Positions 33,048 through 41,703 of a DNA stretch of 51,714 nucleotides are shown here, one piece after another. The stretch is from NCBI GenBank assembly GCA_042138065.1, contig JBHIUX010000001.1:1-51714 (forward strand), given 5' to 3'. Position 1 is the stretch's first letter. Every line of letters starts with the position of its first letter. The translations under genes and the position numbers were made by a program. The notes beneath the pieces were generated by a model that saw only the letters and a list, made by a program, of their open reading frames with translations, was not told where the DNA came from and did not search any database. The DNA is from Nitrosopumilaceae archaeon. GTDB taxonomy: Archaea > Thermoproteota > Nitrososphaeria > Nitrososphaerales > Nitrosopumilaceae.

Positions 33048-33983
33048 ATGGAAAACAAAAATCTGTACATTGCAATTGGATTAATAGCAAGTCCAATTTT
33101 ATTTGCCTTGGCAGCGTTTCCAGATACATTTAGTCTTAGTTGGAACCAGGGTAGGGGAGGATTTCTGTTTGCCTTGGCATTTATCATAGCAGAATTAGTG
33201 GGAATAAAGATAGGAATATCCCAAAAGAGAATCTTAACAGTTGTACCTCTGGCAGGCGTAGTAATTGCCTATCTTGTTGCACTAGAATTTGGATTAAGAG
33301 AATACATCAACAATGGAGCTGAAATTTACAATGTTCAATTAATTTACTCTTGGACCTGGATGTGGGATTTCATCATAATGTGTGTATTTGTAATTACTGC
33401 ACTTTCAATATATTTTGGAAAAAAATGGATTAGAATTGCACCGGCTGGACCAATATTTCTTGGTGGCTCTGCAATAATACTCTCACTTGATGCATTTTTC
33501 CCATATGATTCTCTTGGACCGCTACAATACATCGTTCCGTACCTTGTTCAGCTAAATGTTTTCCTAGTCAATCTATTTGATCTTGGAATTGCAACCGCAC
33601 GAGACAACTTGATGTATCTTCGCGGTGATCATGGACCGTTTGCACTACAGGTGTTTTGGCCATCAGCTGGAGTACATAGCATAATCATTTACTCTTTAGT
33701 GATGGGTGCATTTTTACTCAAAATGAATATTGCAAGAAACAGAAAAGCAATTTACTTTGTTTTAGGAATTATAGGAACAGTAGCTGTTAATGTAATCCGA
33801 ATTTTTGCACTATCAGTTTATGCATTAAAAGTTACAACAAATGCAGAACAATGGGAAGAATTTCATTCAGTTGCAGGAGAAATAATGTTTCTTCCCTGGC
33901 TGTTCATATTCTTACTTGTCGTAATGATTATTGAAACCCGCCGTCTAAAAAAACAAGAGGCTAAAGCCAAGCAACAACATTAA
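33048..33983 (+). CDS. Exosortase/archaeosortase-family-like polytopic membrane protein (thaumarchaeal type), lacking Cys at the expected catalytic motif
   Basis: 311 aa with about 8 TM helices. The motif order is FWPSAGVHSIIIY (203-215), NVIRIFALS (248-256), EFHSVAGEIMF (271-281). Basic C-terminal tail. Confidence 0.55.
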   Translation: MENKNLYIAIGLIASPILFALAAFPDTFSLSWNQGRGGFLFALAFIIAELVGIKIGISQKRILTVVPLAGVVIAYLVALEFGLREYINNGAEIYNVQLIYSWTWMWDFIIMCVFVITALSIYFGKKWIRIAPAGPIFLGGSAIILSLDAFFPYDSLGPLQYIVPYLVQLNVFLVNLFDLGIATARDNLMYLRGDHGPFALQVFWPSAGVHSIIIYSLVMGAFLLKMNIARNRKAIYFVLGIIGTVAVNVIRIFALSVYALKVTTNAEQWEEFHSVAGEIMFLPWLFIFLLVVMIIETRRLKKQEAKAKQQH

Positions 33984-34130
33984 CGAAGACCTACCGAAAT
34001 TCATACAACCTCGTGCCAACTATAAAGTACCTATAACGTTACTTAAAGATGATCAAAAAGTATGAACTGATTAACAGTTCGTTTAACTGAACAGACAAAC
34101 GGTTAACTGGCGTTCCTCGTAAAGTTTGCA

Positions 34131-35465
34131 GTGAATCACAGAAAATCACTTTTCCTCATTGGAATTTTATCCGTCGTCATAATTTTTTCATCCGTACAAA
34201 CAGCTAGTGCTGCAAAATATCTTCCACAGTGGGATAAACCAGGATACAAAATCGACGAGTACGGCACAGTCACGGTTGAAGATTTTGAACAAAATACTAA
34301 CATGCAAATAAAGAATTCAATTTTTGTTACTGTGAAATCCGATTCTTTCACTAGCGGTTTAACACTACTTTTAGTTGAAACAGAAATTAATTCTGGTGTA
34401 TTTTCTGGACAAATAAAATTCTCATCAGAGATTGGTACTGATGATTCTATCTTTGTTAACGAAAACGATTTTGTTCACGTAGTTTATAGATCATACTCAA
34501 ACTCTGCAAAAATAGAACCACGTTCAGTTTTGGTTTCTCCAATAACCCTAGTTTCTGATAAAAGCAGTTATTCTTTTGGAGAGAAAATTATTATTTCAGG
34601 CAAAGTTGCTGATGCATTACCAGGATCTACAATTACTTTATCAGTTATTGATCCTACAGGAAAAGTCATTCAATCTCAGTCTGTTACACTTAGTTATGAA
34701 CAACGATTTTTAGCTGAGCTTACAGCTGATAGCGCTTTATGGGAAACTTCTGGAAACTATCTAGTCAAGGTTTCTTCAAAATCAGCTGAAGCAGAAACAT
34801 CATTTTCATTTAGCCCAACTCATAATACAGAAAAGATGACAAAATCAGTTAAGATATTTGGTGGCCAACAAAAACTTGCATATTCAATTACTTCTGGCTC
34901 AGTTACACTAGTAATGCCTAATGAGGATTCAAACTCTTTACGATTTTCATTAAACACAAACAGTGGAGGCCGCTTTACTGTTGAGCTACCAAGAACATTG
35001 ATTGATGCAAAAACAATCTATGGGAAAGACGACCGTTTTCAAGTCGTTTCTGATGATAGAATTACAGACTATGTAGAAAAAATTGGACCTAATGAAAGAA
35101 CTTTAACAGTTCCATTTAGCTATCAAACAAAAACAATTGAAATAATGGGCACTGAACTTGATATGACTCAGACTTCAACAATAACCACAAAAACTCCTAC
35201 GGTTCCAAGTTGGGTTCAAAATAATGCAGAATGGTGGTCAAAAGGATTGATTGAAGAAGAAGATTTTCTTTCAGGGATTAAATTTTTGATAAATCAAGGT
35301 GTAATCAAAGTTTCAATCTCAAATGAATCCCAACAATCATCATTGCCATTTGTTCCTAATTGGGTTAAAGATACTGCTGGTTGGTGGGCAGAAGGAAAGG
35401 TAACTGATCAAGATTTTCTTAATGGAATTGAATTTCTAGTAGAAAATCAGATTATCAAAGTTTGA
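34131..35465 (+). CDS. Secreted protein: signal peptide, beta-sandwich-like module(s), two C-terminal Trp-rich 37-aa repeats
   Basis: 444 aa, GTG start, signal peptide LFLIGILSVVIIFSSVQTASA. The module is DKSSYSFGEKIIISGKV...GNYLVKVSSKSAEAETSFSF. The C-terminal repeats are listed separately. Confidence 0.6.
   Translation: MNHRKSLFLIGILSVVIIFSSVQTASAAKYLPQWDKPGYKIDEYGTVTVEDFEQNTNMQIKNSIFVTVKSDSFTSGLTLLLVETEINSGVFSGQIKFSSEIGTDDSIFVNENDFVHVVYRSYSNSAKIEPRSVLVSPITLVSDKSSYSFGEKIIISGKVADALPGSTITLSVIDPTGKVIQSQSVTLSYEQRFLAELTADSALWETSGNYLVKVSSKSAEAETSFSFSPTHNTEKMTKSVKIFGGQQKLAYSITSGSVTLVMPNEDSNSLRFSLNTNSGGRFTVELPRTLIDAKTIYGKDDRFQVVSDDRITDYVEKIGPNERTLTVPFSYQTKTIEIMGTELDMTQTSTITTKTPTVPSWVQNNAEWWSKGLIEEEDFLSGIKFLINQGVIKVSISNESQQSSLPFVPNWVKDTAGWWAEGKVTDQDFLNGIEFLVENQIIKV
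35202..35462 (+). repeat. Tandem protein-level repeat (2 x 37 aa, 13-aa linker) at the C terminus of the 34131..35465 product
   Basis: 35202-35312 encodes VPSWVQNNAEWWSKGLIEEEDFLSGIKFLINQGVIKV. 35352-35462 encodes VPNWVKDTAGWWAEGKVTDQDFLNGIEFLVENQIIKV. 18 of 37 positions are identical: VP.WV...A.WW..G.....DFL.GI.FL.....IKV. Confidence 0.85.
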
Positions 35466-35478
35466 GTTAGAATTTAAT

Positions 35479-35682
35479 TCATGGTGAAGAACTTTGATTA
35501 TTTGTATTTAATTCTGAAGGGCGTCCTACTGGAAAAGTTGTCTCATAATGATATTCATCTGATGTAGTTGTTGGTGTATCACCAATCAAATCAGGAAGAA
35601 CATTTGTTGAAAAAACAATTAGAATAGCGGCAATTGATAAAATAATTATCATTTTAGTGTTGGTGGTTAGTTTCTTTACCAT
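35479..35682 (-). CDS. Small single-TM hypothetical protein
   Basis: 67 aa with an N-terminal TM (MIIILSIAAILIVFSTNVL). Confidence 0.3.
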   Translation of the reverse strand: MVKKLTTNTKMIIILSIAAILIVFSTNVLPDLIGDTPTTTSDEYHYETTFPVGRPSELNTNNQSSSP

Positions 35683-35711
35683 GATTATAAAATAATGTGT
35701 TCATATATAAT

Positions 35712-36803
35712 TCAAAAATAACTATCAATGCTACTTTGACCTTTCATTTCTGATAATTCCGATACTTTAACTCCTAATCTTCTTATGTCAATTGTCTGGT
35801 CTTCTAGTGCTTCTCTCAATAATTGCTGTGATGTTTTTATAAGTTCATCAAGGCCTGACGTTGGATTTCGTAGCATTCTAGATTTTGTTTTATTTGATAA
35901 ATCAGATTGAACAAACTGAATTCCAACTGATTTGAACATCAAGTTTTTGTTTTTAATAATTTCATGAACTTCTTTAGCTAACTCCTCAAGATTTTTTGAA
36001 AGAAAATCAAAGTCTTTAGAGTCTTTTTTCAAAGTAGTAATCTTAGAATATTGAATATTTGGAGAACGAGGAGTTACTGGTTCATCATAAATCCCTCTAG
36101 CAGAATTGTAAATGTAAGCCCCACTTCGTCTCCCAAATTGCTGATTTAATGAAAAAACATCCAGTTTCTTTAAATCAGATATTGTTTCAAGATTCATTTC
36201 ACTGAATTTTGCTTCCGTTTTTTTACCAATTCCTGGAATATCTCTGATCTTTAACGGTTCCAAGAATGCTTCTACTTTTTCTGGAGGAACAACCGTTAAT
36301 CCATCCGGTTTTTTAAAATCTGATGCAATTTTTGAGACAAGCTTGTTTGGAGAAACTCCGATGGAGCATGTAAGCTTGACTTTATCACGAATTATATTTT
36401 TGATTTGCTGCGCAAGATGACTCGCTTTATCAAAACTCCCTCCTGTTTTTTCTGAAACATCAAGATAGGCTTCATCCTTTCCTACATATTCAAAAATATC
36501 TGCATACTCTTCAATGATTTTCATAGCCTTTTCTGACATATCTGAGTAATAATCAAAATCAGTTGGAAGAAAAACAGTATCAGGTCTTTCTTCAAGCCTT
36601 TTTTTAGCAAATCGTATTGGCATTCCAGATTTTACTCCAAACTTTCTTGCCACGTAGTTTGCAGTAGCGACTGCACCGCTATCTCCTCCTCTATCTGAAA
36701 AAACACATACAACAACAGGTTTAGTTTTCAATTCAGGAGCACGTATTTCTTCACATTGGGCATAAAAATAATCAAAATCAATATGAAAAATTATTCGATT
36801 CAT
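35712..36803 (-). CDS. dinB: Y-family DNA polymerase IV (Dpo4/Dbh)
   Basis: IIFHIDFDYFYAQCEE, SIGVSPNKLVSKIASD and IPGIGKKT motifs. 363 aa. The C-terminal QSSIDSYF is a PIP box. Confidence 0.92.
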   Translation of the reverse strand: MNRIIFHIDFDYFYAQCEEIRAPELKTKPVVVCVFSDRGGDSGAVATANYVARKFGVKSGMPIRFAKKRLEERPDTVFLPTDFDYYSDMSEKAMKIIEEYADIFEYVGKDEAYLDVSEKTGGSFDKASHLAQQIKNIIRDKVKLTCSIGVSPNKLVSKIASDFKKPDGLTVVPPEKVEAFLEPLKIRDIPGIGKKTEAKFSEMNLETISDLKKLDVFSLNQQFGRRSGAYIYNSARGIYDEPVTPRSPNIQYSKITTLKKDSKDFDFLSKNLEELAKEVHEIIKNKNLMFKSVGIQFVQSDLSNKTKSRMLRNPTSGLDELIKTSQQLLREALEDQTIDIRRLGVKVSELSEMKGQSSIDSYF

Positions 36804-36880
36804 TAGTATTCCATACAGAAAAAAGAATATTATGATATCGGGAGGGCTTCATCTAAATATAATATAGTTTCAATGTTTTT

Positions 36881-37129
36881 GTGTCAAATCCAATTGCTGC
36901 TAACAAGGATGGAATAAAAATTAAACCTGAATTGATGGAAAAAGAGAAACTTTATCACTGCATTTTTCAGGACAAAGTTTTACTGGTTTACAAAGATTAT
37001 CAGGATGTTCTAAATTGTTACGAAATTGAAGAAAAAGAATTAGTAGAGAAAGTTAAGCAAAACTCTAGTGATGAGAGTTTGGAAAAAATTTTTGAAGAGT
37101 ATATAGAACGAGAAAATCTTAAACATTAA
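36881..37129 (+). CDS. Hypothetical small acidic protein
   Basis: 82-aa ORF with a GTG start. No motif recognised. Confidence 0.3.
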   Translation: MSNPIAANKDGIKIKPELMEKEKLYHCIFQDKVLLVYKDYQDVLNCYEIEEKELVEKVKQNSSDESLEKIFEEYIERENLKH

Positions 37130-37170
37130 ATAAAACCGAATGAACAAGCTGATTCTGTAGGAATAACGAT

Positions 37171-37668
37171 TTGAGCGAGAATAACAAGCCGACTGAAGCC
37201 GAAGAAATATTTTCAGAATTTCAAAAAACAAAACAAGAAAATCAATCTGAACAAATTTCAGAACCTGAATCTGCTCCTCAAGTTTCAGAATCCGCACCTG
37301 AACCAGAACAAACTGTTCAAGAAACACCTGAACCTGAAACTGCCCCAGAGCAACAAGTAGAAACAACTCAATCCCCACCAGAAGAAACGGAAACAAAGGA
37401 ACGAAATGTCATCTTTGTTGGAACAAAACCAATCATGACATACGTTACTGCTACCCTGACACAATTATCAACTCAGCCAACAGTTACAATAAAGGCTAGG
37501 GGAAAACGAATTACCCAAGCAGTTGATGTTTCTCAAATGATTGTAAAAAGAATGGATACTGTAGGGTATAGGATAAGTGATGTTAGAATTGCTTCTGATT
37601 CATTAACCTCTCAAGATGGAAAAAAACGCAATGTTTCTACAATAGAAATTGACATCACTCAAAGCTAA
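37171..37668 (+). CDS. albA: Alba-family DNA/RNA-binding protein with ~75-aa acidic Pro/Glu/Gln-rich N-terminal extension
   Basis: The C-terminal ~90 aa form the Alba fold: NVIFVGTKPIMTYVTATLTQL...VTIKARGKRITQAVDVSQMIVKRM...RNVSTIEIDI. The only start upstream of the domain is TTG 37171, six codons after the in-frame TGA at 37150-37152. Confidence 0.8.
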   Translation: MSENNKPTEAEEIFSEFQKTKQENQSEQISEPESAPQVSESAPEPEQTVQETPEPETAPEQQVETTQSPPEETETKERNVIFVGTKPIMTYVTATLTQLSTQPTVTIKARGKRITQAVDVSQMIVKRMDTVGYRISDVRIASDSLTSQDGKKRNVSTIEIDITQS

Positions 37669-37888
37669 GTCAACTAAAACTATTATTGTAATAATCATTG
37701 CAGTATCAATCGGAATATTGTTGGGAACTATTTTCACATCTTGTTCAATAAAACATATAGGAATTCTCACTGATATTGAAAAATTTGAACAGACATTAGA
37801 TCCTGAATTTTGTGCAAATGTGGTTGAGCAAATAGACTTGTTTAATGATGAATGTGAACCGGAGATAGAAATAATCGATTGTGGTTAG
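37649..37888 (+). CDS. Small signal-anchored Cys-containing hypothetical protein
   Basis: 79 aa, TM IIVIIIAVSIGILLGTIF, 4 Cys. Overlaps the albA 3' end by 20 nt. Confidence 0.3.
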   Translation: MTSLKAKSTKTIIVIIIAVSIGILLGTIFTSCSIKHIGILTDIEKFEQTLDPEFCANVVEQIDLFNDECEPEIEIIDCG

Positions 37889-38598
37889 CCGTACATTGAG
37901 CCCTTTAGATCTTTAGCTTCTTCTTCTGCCTCTTTGATATTTTTCTCTGCCTTTTCTGCTTCTTTTTGAAGCATACCAATATCACAAGAAACTCCGGGAA
38001 TGAGTTTTGCCATTGCAAGACACAGTTGTGCGCTTGCCTTGAAGTCAGGACCAGTTCCAACAGTGTTGAACAAAATTACTGCAACATTTTGGTTATTTAT
38101 CATTCCTTCATTTAATAAAAGGCCAGGAATTCCTGGAATTGTACCATGTGTTAAAATAGAAAATCCTGCCTCGGTCAACTTGTTTTTTGCCTCATCTGTG
38201 CTTGCAGCCGCCAAGACCTGTTCATTACTCTCTTTGGATTTTATGGCAACTCCACTAACAATTAGCGAAACATTGTGTTTTCTTGCCCAGCTTAGCATAG
38301 TGCGAGCTACTGTTCTATGCATTGGTTCTGCAATTGTAAGATAGGATGAAAAAACTGCTACTTTCAAACTTTCATTCACAAATATTCTAGTTGGATAATT
38401 TGGCTTTCCATCCTTAATCAGACTTACTGGCGGAAAACCATCAGAATCTAGAATACCTGCCAGATCAAATTGAGTGGTGTGAATTAATGATTCAGTAGCA
38501 ATTGCCTCTGTAAATCCTACTGATGGGAAACCATCTACTAGATAGCCTCCTTCTATGTTAATTGGTTTCATTTCTTTAATTCTAATTCTTGGAAACAA
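37885..38598 (-). CDS. PAC2-family proteasome assembly chaperone
   Basis: GGYLVDGFPSVGFTEAIATESLI near the N terminus, about 230 aa, acidic C-terminal tail. The track start is TTG, and ATG at MKPINIEGG is the likelier start. Confidence 0.7.
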   Translation of the reverse strand: MFPRIRIKEMKPINIEGGYLVDGFPSVGFTEAIATESLIHTTQFDLAGILDSDGFPPVSLIKDGKPNYPTRIFVNESLKVAVFSSYLTIAEPMHRTVARTMLSWARKHNVSLIVSGVAIKSKESNEQVLAAASTDEAKNKLTEAGFSILTHGTIPGIPGLLLNEGMINNQNVAVILFNTVGTGPDFKASAQLCLAMAKLIPGVSCDIGMLQKEAEKAEKNIKEAEEEAKDLKGSMYG

Positions 38599-38645
38599 AC
38601 TAGATCTAATTTTGAATCCAATGAATAATAGTTTATCGTGATGAA

Positions 38646-38798
38646 CTATTCTTTGCCATGTTCTTCTTTAGCATCTTGATATTCTCTAATTTTACGAGAA
38701 CAAGCAAGCATTTCTTCAGGAGTATGTCGTGATTTGGGCTTGTTACAAATCGGACACATTTCATCTCCTCCTGAGGCTTTTGGAGGTTCTGTCATCAT
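38646..38798 (-). CDS. Small hypothetical protein with CPIC...C cluster
   Basis: 50 aa, below the track cutoff: MMTEPPKASGGDEMCPICNKPKSRHTPEEMLACSRKIREYQDAKEEHGKE. Confidence 0.35.
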   Translation of the reverse strand: MMTEPPKASGGDEMCPICNKPKSRHTPEEMLACSRKIREYQDAKEEHGKE

Positions 38799-38908
38799 AT
38801 GGTATTACAGAAATCATTCGTTTTTATTAATTTTCAAAAAACCCACTTACCAAAATCAATTGTGAAGTTTGCGAAAACTATTATTTCAGTGCTAAAACCA
38901 CCTTAATC

Positions 38909-39070
38909 ATGGTAAAGCTGACGTGTAGTGACTATGGATTCGAGTGTGAGTTTGTCGCAGAAGGCGAAACAGAGAAAGTGATCGCTGAATTTGGAGAGCA
39001 CACTCTAGAAGAACACGGAATTGAATACTCAAAAGAGGCTATAATGCAATTCATTCTAAGAAAAGGATGA
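38909..39070 (+). CDS. DUF1059-family small protein
   Basis: 53 aa, below the track cutoff: MVKLTCSDYGFECEFVAEGETEKVIAEFGEHTLEEHGIEYSKEAIMQFILRKG. It shows the C-x-D/Y-x-G-x-x-C-x-F ... H-x-x-x-x-H-G pattern typical of DUF1059. The TGA stop overlaps the next ATG (ATGA at 39067-39070). Confidence 0.65.
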   Translation: MVKLTCSDYGFECEFVAEGETEKVIAEFGEHTLEEHGIEYSKEAIMQFILRKG

Positions 39071-39552
39071 AGCAGCCTATGAAAATAATACATGCCAGCC
39101 CAGGTTTTGGTTCAGCATTAACACAACAGCAAGTAATTGATTTTCTAACTAATAGTAAACTAAATCTCCAACTGGGGACTATTGATAAAAACTCTGAACC
39201 AAATATTCATACAGTTTGGTATTTTTATGAAAATGAAAAATTGTATATTGAAACAAGCAAGACCTCTAAAAAAGTTCAGAACATAAAAAACAACAACAAT
39301 GTGTATTTTTGTATTGATGATGAGACCCTTCCATATAAGGGCGTTAGAGGAAAAGCAACAGTAAAAATCTTAGATGAAATTAATCAAATGTTGCCTGTTG
39401 CAGAAAAAATCATGTTAAAATATACAGGAAGTTTGGATAACGAAATTGCAAAATTTTTGTTAGATGGTGTAAAAAACGGATTTTCTGTAATTTTAGAACT
39501 AAGCCCAAAATTTTATTCCACATGGGATCACAGCTCAGGCATTACTGCCTAA
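39067..39552 (+). CDS. Pyridoxamine 5'-phosphate oxidase-like FMN/F420-binding split-barrel protein
   Basis: 161 aa. LGTIDKNSEPNIHTVWYFYENEKLYIETSKTSKKVQNIKNNNNVYFCID...KGVRGKATVKIL has the PNPOx-like beta-barrel pattern. Confidence 0.7.
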   Translation: MKQPMKIIHASPGFGSALTQQQVIDFLTNSKLNLQLGTIDKNSEPNIHTVWYFYENEKLYIETSKTSKKVQNIKNNNNVYFCIDDETLPYKGVRGKATVKILDEINQMLPVAEKIMLKYTGSLDNEIAKFLLDGVKNGFSVILELSPKFYSTWDHSSGITA

Positions 39553-39554
39553 GG

Positions 39555-40493
39555 CTATTTTATTTTTGAAAGTAAAGCTGAATACAAAAAAGGAAGAATT
39601 GTGGTTGCTTCTGCATGAATTGTGGCCTGCTTTGCCTTTTGAGTAACCTTGCCCCAAGAAATTGCCTCTCTTACTAATGCACCACTTAGACTCCCATCAA
39701 ATTCTTGAGCAGTTGTGATGTACAGTGCATAATCTAATCCATCTCGATATTGATTCCACCACAAAGTATGATGTTTTGAAATTCCTCCACCTATCATAAA
39801 GGCACCAGATTTTTTTGCTTTGAAAATTAAACTCGATAAAAGATTTGAATCTTCAATAAGATTTAATTTAAAATCGTTATGTTTTTGAGAAAAAAGCCAA
39901 ATTTGGCTTCCTACTGCGCCATCAACAATTCCAGGAACAATTACTGAAATGTTGTTTTTGTAAGCCCAATACAAAAATGAATTCTCTCCAAGATGCTTTC
40001 CTATCATTTTACAAATATCTGCAGTTGACATTTCACGAGTTCCAGATTTGTATTCTTCTTCCAAAAACGCTTGAATTTTTTCTTCAATTATAGGACCGTA
40101 ACTTTCCATAGGGACCAGTACGTTACCTAATCTGTGAATATTTTGGCCAACTAATTCGCTATCATCCATAGTAAAAGATCCTTCTTTGTAATTTGAAAAA
40201 TGCCTTGCAATGTCATGGTCTAATGCACCACAAGTTGTAATCATAACATCAAACCATTTGTTCTTAATCATGTCTTTGATAATGCCACGAAGTCCTGTAG
40301 ACATTACAGCTGCAACACATGAAAGAAATCTAAGACATTTTTCATCTGAAATCATTTCGGTTAAGATTTCTAATCCAGTTGAAAGACTTGTGGATTCAAA
40401 ACCTCCAGATTGCGACATTTCCTCAAAGATTTTTTCTATGCTTGTATCGTTTTTAATTTCAATATCTTTTACTGGACGACCGGGTTTTATCAT
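39555..40493 (-). CDS. dys: Deoxyhypusine synthase
   Basis: 312 aa with the TTCGALDHD-type segment, FMIGGGISKHH and EAISWGK motifs. Confidence 0.92.
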   Translation of the reverse strand: MIKPGRPVKDIEIKNDTSIEKIFEEMSQSGGFESTSLSTGLEILTEMISDEKCLRFLSCVAAVMSTGLRGIIKDMIKNKWFDVMITTCGALDHDIARHFSNYKEGSFTMDDSELVGQNIHRLGNVLVPMESYGPIIEEKIQAFLEEEYKSGTREMSTADICKMIGKHLGENSFLYWAYKNNISVIVPGIVDGAVGSQIWLFSQKHNDFKLNLIEDSNLLSSLIFKAKKSGAFMIGGGISKHHTLWWNQYRDGLDYALYITTAQEFDGSLSGALVREAISWGKVTQKAKQATIHAEATTILPFLYSALLSKIK

Positions 40494-40598
40494 GAAATGA
40501 ACACTTGATAACGGATATAAAATTCTGACTTATTATGAAAAAATATTCTACAATTAGTTTGGATTTAGGAAAACTTTAAACCAGCTGAAGAAGAAAAA

Positions 40599-41699
40599 AT
40601 GCGAATGCCAGATAAAATAAAGGTTGGATTGGTAGGTATAGGCAACTGTTTTTCTGGATTAATTCAAGGTATTGAATACTATAGAAAAAACCCATCTCAG
40701 AAAGTCATAGGAATAATTCATGAGGAATTAAGCGGTTATGGGATTCACGATATCGATTTTGTATGTGGATTTGACGTAGGTGAAAACAAAGTTGGTAAGA
40801 CAATCAATGAAGCGATTTACGAGTATCCAAACATGGTGGATTGGATTCCAAAAGATGAGATGCCAAAAACTAATGCCAAAGTATATGAAAGTCCTGCACT
40901 TGATGGCGTTGGAATTTGGGTAGAAAACAGAGTTAAACCAATTAAAACTACAAAATCAGAATCAGAACTTACTGATGAAATAAAAAAAATATTAAAAGAA
41001 ACTGGAACTGAAATTATAGTATCATATCTTCCTGTTGGATCCGACAAAGCTACACAATTTTGGGCTCAAATTTGTCTTGACACAAATACAGCTTTTGTTA
41101 ATTGTATTCCGTCTTTTATTGCATCTGATGAAGAATGGGGGAAAAAATTTGCAGAAAAAAATATTCCAGTTGTTGGTGATGATATTAAAGGTCAGGTCGG
41201 CGCAACAATTGTTCACAGGACCCTTGCAAGGTTATGTAATGATCGTGGAACTAAAATCGAAAAAACATATCAAATCAATGTAGGTGGAAATACCGACTTT
41301 TTAAACATGAAAGAACAAGAACGCCTAGTTAGTAAAAGAATTTCAAAAACTGAAAGTGTTCAAAGTCAATTAGATGAAAGACTAGACGATGATCAAATCT
41401 ATGTAGGTCCTTCTGATTTCATCCCATTTTTAGGAAATACAAAATTAATGTTCATGAGAATTGAAGGAAGACAATGGGCAAACATTCCATATAACATGGA
41501 AGTAAGGCTTGAAGTTGATGATAAGGCAAATTCAGCTGGTATTGTGATTGATGCATTACGTTTAGCAAAAATTGCTCTTGATAGGGGAGTTGGGGGTCCG
41601 ATTATCCCTGCAAGCGCTTATTTGATGAAACATCCTCTAAAACAAATGAGTGATCCACAAGCAAAAACGGCTTGTGAAGAATTTGTTAAAGGAAATTAA
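40599..41699 (+). CDS. myo-Inositol-1-phosphate synthase (archaeal type)
   Basis: KVGLVGIGNCFSGLIQGIEYY N-terminus, GDDIKGQVGATIVHR, NVGGNTDFLNM. 366 aa. Confidence 0.9.
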   Translation: MRMPDKIKVGLVGIGNCFSGLIQGIEYYRKNPSQKVIGIIHEELSGYGIHDIDFVCGFDVGENKVGKTINEAIYEYPNMVDWIPKDEMPKTNAKVYESPALDGVGIWVENRVKPIKTTKSESELTDEIKKILKETGTEIIVSYLPVGSDKATQFWAQICLDTNTAFVNCIPSFIASDEEWGKKFAEKNIPVVGDDIKGQVGATIVHRTLARLCNDRGTKIEKTYQINVGGNTDFLNMKEQERLVSKRISKTESVQSQLDERLDDDQIYVGPSDFIPFLGNTKLMFMRIEGRQWANIPYNMEVRLEVDDKANSAGIVIDALRLAKIALDRGVGGPIIPASAYLMKHPLKQMSDPQAKTACEEFVKGN

Positions 41700-41703
41700 T
41701 TTT

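Noticed and set aside
37040-37396. Track ORF 37040..37396 (118 aa, minus strand)
   Set aside because: It lies antisense to the low-complexity acidic tail region of albA. Its Leu/Phe/Val-rich repetitive translation is the mirror image of the GAA/CCT-rich coding repeats.
38637-38700. Perfect C-box-like GTGATGA at 38637-38643 in the gap after the PAC2 gene
   Set aside because: There is no CTGA D or D' box at 12-nt spacing and none within about 70 nt downstream. The sequence also overlaps the 3' end of the small minus-strand ORF 38646..38798.
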